A DNA stretch of 64,000 nt, taken from the NCBI GenBank assembly GCA_002633005.1, contig NMRA01001003.1, forward strand, positions 8,133-72,132. Direction: 5' to 3'. The notes below the pieces were generated by a model. That model saw only the letters and a list, made by a program, of their open reading frames with translations. It did no database searches and was not told where the DNA came from. This stretch comes from Phoronis australis (Eukaryota; Animalia; Phoronida). Positions 60,291 through 64,000 of the stretch are shown in pieces (within the stretch, counting starts at the first letter, position 1; every line of letters begins with the position of its first letter). The translations under genes and the position numbers were made by a program.

Positions 60291-60363
60291 ATGGTACAGG
60301 ACTTGAACATGGTACAGGACTTGAACGTGGTACAGGACTTGAACATGGTACAGGACTTGAACA
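60291..60363 (+). repeat. 18-bp minisatellite x4
   Basis: RTGGTACAGGACTTGAAC x4. Confidence 0.9.
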
Positions 60364-60674
60364 TAGTAAGGCATTTTAATTGAAATTGGATGGTTTATAT
60401 CTTTTATAAAAAGAATGAGAAAATAGAATTTCACAAGTCTGAAATATTGTACGAGATTTTACCATATAAAGGGACAGCATAGTTAATGTCATGCTCTGCA
60501 AACCTAATGTCTCATTTCAGTGTTTTGGAGTTAAACAAGCATTATTTTCACAGTTTTTTAACTTACTATTCTAACGCAACATGGTGATGTTCTTAAAACA
60601 AAAATTCCCTGAAAGCCATACTGCCTTAGCAATGGCATCTAACCTGCCGTGACAAGCCACTTTTTAGAGCTTCA

Positions 60675-60818
60675 GACTAAAACAGGCCTAGTCTGACCAA
60701 AACAGGCCTAGTCTGACCAAAACAGGCCTAGTCTGACTAAAACAGGCCTAGTCTGACTAAAACAGGCCTAGTTTGACTAAAACAGGCCTAGTCTGACTAA
60801 AACAGGCCTAGTCTGACT
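60675..60818 (+). repeat. 20-bp minisatellite x7
   Basis: AAAACAGGCCTAGTCTGACY x7 with no spacers. Confidence 0.95.
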
Positions 60819-61584
60819 CCAAGAGTGTAATAATGTAATGGCCAAGGTGGGATCCAGGTCATCACATTTTTTGGGATCTGAAACTCTGAAACCAACAGAT
60901 TAGAGTCAATAATTGTGTTACAAGATTATATCCTCTAGTACTTGGAATAAACGAGAATCTTGAGCGTACTGTATCGAAGTCAACAGCAGTCCATTCTGCT
61001 ACAGTAACTGCAATCGTCATGCCTTTTTTGGTAAAGCGTACCATTGTGACTTAACTCAAAGCAATTTTTTTGCCCATACTTTAGTCAACTAGTTCTATCA
61101 AAAGGCTATGTATATCGTGTCACAAGAATTGGTTTCACTACAGTTTTTAAGATTTTAATGCTAGCAAACCGAATTTAAAAACAAATTTGCTTAGTCAACA
61201 TCTCCAGAAAGATGTTGTAAAAACTTTAAACAAATGGCACACGCCACAAGTGTACAGTCTTTAAGTCGATGACAACTTTCTTTGGTACACCCACCCAAGA
61301 AACACGCACAAAGTGGCGTTAATTAGTTTTTTCACTTAAATCGCTGTGACAGACAAGATGGGTGTTGACTGACTATCAGACTTTGTGTGCACCCTTTCTG
61401 GTAGAAAACACGTAGCCCCTCGGTTGGCCAGTTAGGGGCTACAATACTTCCCATAGCTTTCTGTATGAATTTCGTATCGTGTATTTTAAACAGGCAGTAG
61501 GCCAAATCCAGCCACCAATTAAGAGTTTTCACCTCGTCAAAAATACATTCCACACTTGAAACTATCAATTAAAAAAGCGCTTAC

Positions 61585-61720
61585 TTTCTTCAGTGGTCCT
61601 TGCTACTTCTACACATATCTTCAATGAAGCTTAGTTACGAGAATTAAGGTGACTTTAGGCAAAGAATTCCAACTCTACTTTTTTGGTCACCGTTAACATT
61701 TTCACCACGCGCGAAATAGC
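61585..61720 (-). promoter_or_regulatory. HELQ: Putative HELQ non-coding first exon and promoter with an E2F site
   Basis: GTAAGC donor at 61584-61579 (minus), a strong acceptor 13 nt upstream of the ATG (60123-60122), and TTTCGCGC (E2F consensus) at 61716-61709. Confidence 0.4.
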
Positions 61721-63054
61721 AGGGGAAGGTAACAGGTGAAATTTGTAAGATTTGTGTCCTTTGGACTTTTTATTTGTCAACATGCGTGATTTCACATAAC
61801 CTTTTCAAAATAGCACCCGGTAAGAGAAACTCAAGCAAATCACGACAAATTTTCATCGATTTGTTCAAATTATCTTGAGTGAATCGTCTCCAGACTTATG
61901 GTATGTGCTAATTATAACTCCATGTGCATTTATGCATGTTTCATATGATTTTATTTCCTGTATTTTGAAATTTGTAACTTTTTGTGTCGATGTACTATCA
62001 ACTCTGTATGCCTGCAGCATCCAGGGCGATGTAATTGCCTACCTATCTGGTAGACAGATGCACAACTCTGGTGTGGCTTGACCAAAGGGCGTGATAATCC
62101 CTCATCAAAAATTCCCAGTTTCAAAACACAGCGAATGACATCGAATGACGCATTCGTGCATATGCGATGATTTATATTTAATTAACACATACCAAGACTC
62201 CCACATTTACGTCAACATAATTTGAAAAACCATGTTTCACATTAGCCAGCCAGCTAGCTGTATGAAGACTGTCGTCAAAATACAGCTAGGTACCACTGTG
62301 TGCTTTTCTTCCATAGACCCCGAAATTGCACACTGCCAGGGTAGTTCTGTTCGTCAACTCGCCATGAAACCTGTACCAACATGTAGAGCTAAAGACCGGA
62401 CGGTCATTTTCTTGCGTCATTCTCGACCTTTTGTAACAATGAAAAGTATGTTGTCGTTTTGATAACAGTACGCTTGTGTCACACGCATGCGCCATTTCCT
62501 AAATTTTTGTGACAACTTCGCAGCAGCAAAATATGTTCAGAAATTTGTTTTTTTCGGTATAACTTATAATGAAGTGAAACCAGTTTCAACTATTTATTGT
62601 GACGTGTCCGCAACCTATAGTGAGAGCAACAGTTGATTGAAGAATCGGCGAAAAATGAAACTGGCCAAATGGTGACGCAATATTTCATGGCACCAAAAGC
62701 CGACGCAGAAGATCGCTCCACAATTTTAGCACCAAAACAACAGTAGAACACCATTTTTTCCAATACTGTTAAATAATTTAGTTTGCTCAAGGGAGACAGT
62801 AGTTTTTAATGGCACTACTTTTGTGTCAGATTTTATCTTACCACTTTTTACCCACATCGGCGCTGTATATTTAGTATACAGCTTTGTACCAAGGCTAGTT
62901 TCACATGAGCTTACCTCAGTAGCTGTCATTTTGAGGTTACGGGTATATTCCCCAGTTCAAAATTACTGATGTGACATCACAGAATCAAAAAGGCTCACCC
63001 AGGAAAGTTTATCAATAATATCAATATAAACTTAAACTAAAGAAAGTGTAAAAT

Positions 63055-64000
63055 TTATTTTTAACAAGCAGATTCCTTGGCACTAGTCGGATATAATGGA
63101 CCCTGATTTAGAGAACCAGGCAATCACTAAAACTAAAAGACACTAAATAACTGATGAAACTGCATTGTTCTCTACATCAGGGTCCATTATATCCGACTTC
63201 TTCTTCTTCCCAAATACAACAAACGATCGTGATTTCGATCCTTAATTGTTGGCGCATGTTAGTATAAAACTGAGGTGTGCATAACTGAAAAATAACGATA
63301 AAACAAAGTGCTGGTCAGTGCCAAGATAAAACAGACAAGTGGCGATTCCTTCTTCCTCTTCTTCTTAATCTTAAAGCACCAAACTTCATCACGTTGAAGA
63401 CACTGGTAGACGTCAGCCCTGAGGGTCACTCATATTGACAAGGTGCCCGTAGGCGTGTATCAATAATTGCTGAGAGACCCCTACTACGCCTACGGGTGCC
63501 AAAAGGTTCAAAACACAGTCAATCCCATGTCTCCGAGCATGTGAGCAGGGAGGCAAGAGGCTCAAGGTAGCAATGCCCGCCCGATATGTTTTCGCTAACT
63601 ATAGACAACTGCCTTGGTAGTCTGCTTACCAAATCCTGCAGCTTTCGTGCAACCAGGTTAACAGAAGTCAAAAAATGCACTTGAAAATCGTAATTTAAAA
63701 CCAAAATAAGAAATCAAACATTCCCACTCTTCGATGGGTTGATCGGCACAAGCAGAGTTTTCTGATTTTTATTGGCTAACGAAATTTGATGTTGCAGTAC
63801 GCCCTCTCGCGTTCGACACTATTGACTGGCAGGCTCCGACGTAGCACTTAGGCGGGCCCCGGCCCAGCCCAGCCGCCGAAAGCGGGGCAGGCAGGCTCCG
63901 ACATAGCACTTAGGCGGGCCCCAGCCAAGCCGCCGAAGGCGCCGCAGGCAGGCTCCGACGTAGCACTTAGGCGGGCCCCAGCCCAGCCGCCAAAGGCGGC
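63055..64000 (+). mobile_element. Hairpin-rich non-autonomous element (possibly a second Helentron-like family), truncated by the window edge
   Basis: 32-bp inverted repeat with 31/32 identity (63085-63116 / 63167-63198), then a CTT microsatellite, a second IR (63445-63456 / 63486-63497) and a GC-rich tandem repeat from 63828. That these belong to one element is inferred. Confidence 0.5.
63828..64000 (+). repeat. GC-rich ~57-62-bp tandem repeat, at least 3 units
   Basis: GGCAGGCTCCGACRTAGCACTTAGGCGGGCCCC at 63828, 63890 and 63947, each followed by a GCCGCC-(G/A)AA-GGCG-type hairpin. Confidence 0.9.

Noticed and set aside
60675-60818. Regular 20-bp repeats (also the 21-, 18-, 57- and ~60-bp arrays) as a CRISPR array
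   Set aside because: Units are directly adjacent with no unique spacers, there are no cas genes, and the context is eukaryotic.
63150-63165. Hammerhead ribozyme (CTGATGA...GAAAC), also at ~15560
   Set aside because: The two core motifs overlap or abut with no stem II, and I could not build the other stems.

Overview
Eukaryotic (metazoan, probably a marine invertebrate; species not determinable) AT-rich, intron-rich genomic window with one 462-nt N gap (57373-57834). I reconstructed five protein-coding genes by hand from GT-AG boundaries and phase continuity: (1) the 5' part of NHLRC2 (minus, runs off the left edge), head-to-head with (2) CACUL1 (plus, 9 coding exons, ~281 aa); (3) a single-coding-exon 474-aa protein of unknown function (plus); (4) a 7-exon secreted, probably GPI-anchored protein with a mucin-like stalk and an internally duplicated 2x6-Cys module (minus, mostly invisible in the ORF track); (5) a complete HELQ helicase (minus, 18 coding exons, ~1099 aa). 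Introns are full of non-autonomous DNA elements: a Helentron/DINE-1-like family whose ~145-bp internal monomers each carry a CTCF-like motif, decayed hAT transposase remnants, hAT and Tc1-like MITEs, tRNA-SINE heads, minisatellites and several long foldback inverted repeats. I found no CRISPR array, RNA gene or prokaryotic-type system. The most notable items are the CTCF-motif repeat family, the hidden Cys-rich GPI protein and the intronic foldbacks. All gene names come from recalled protein similarity, not from database searches.
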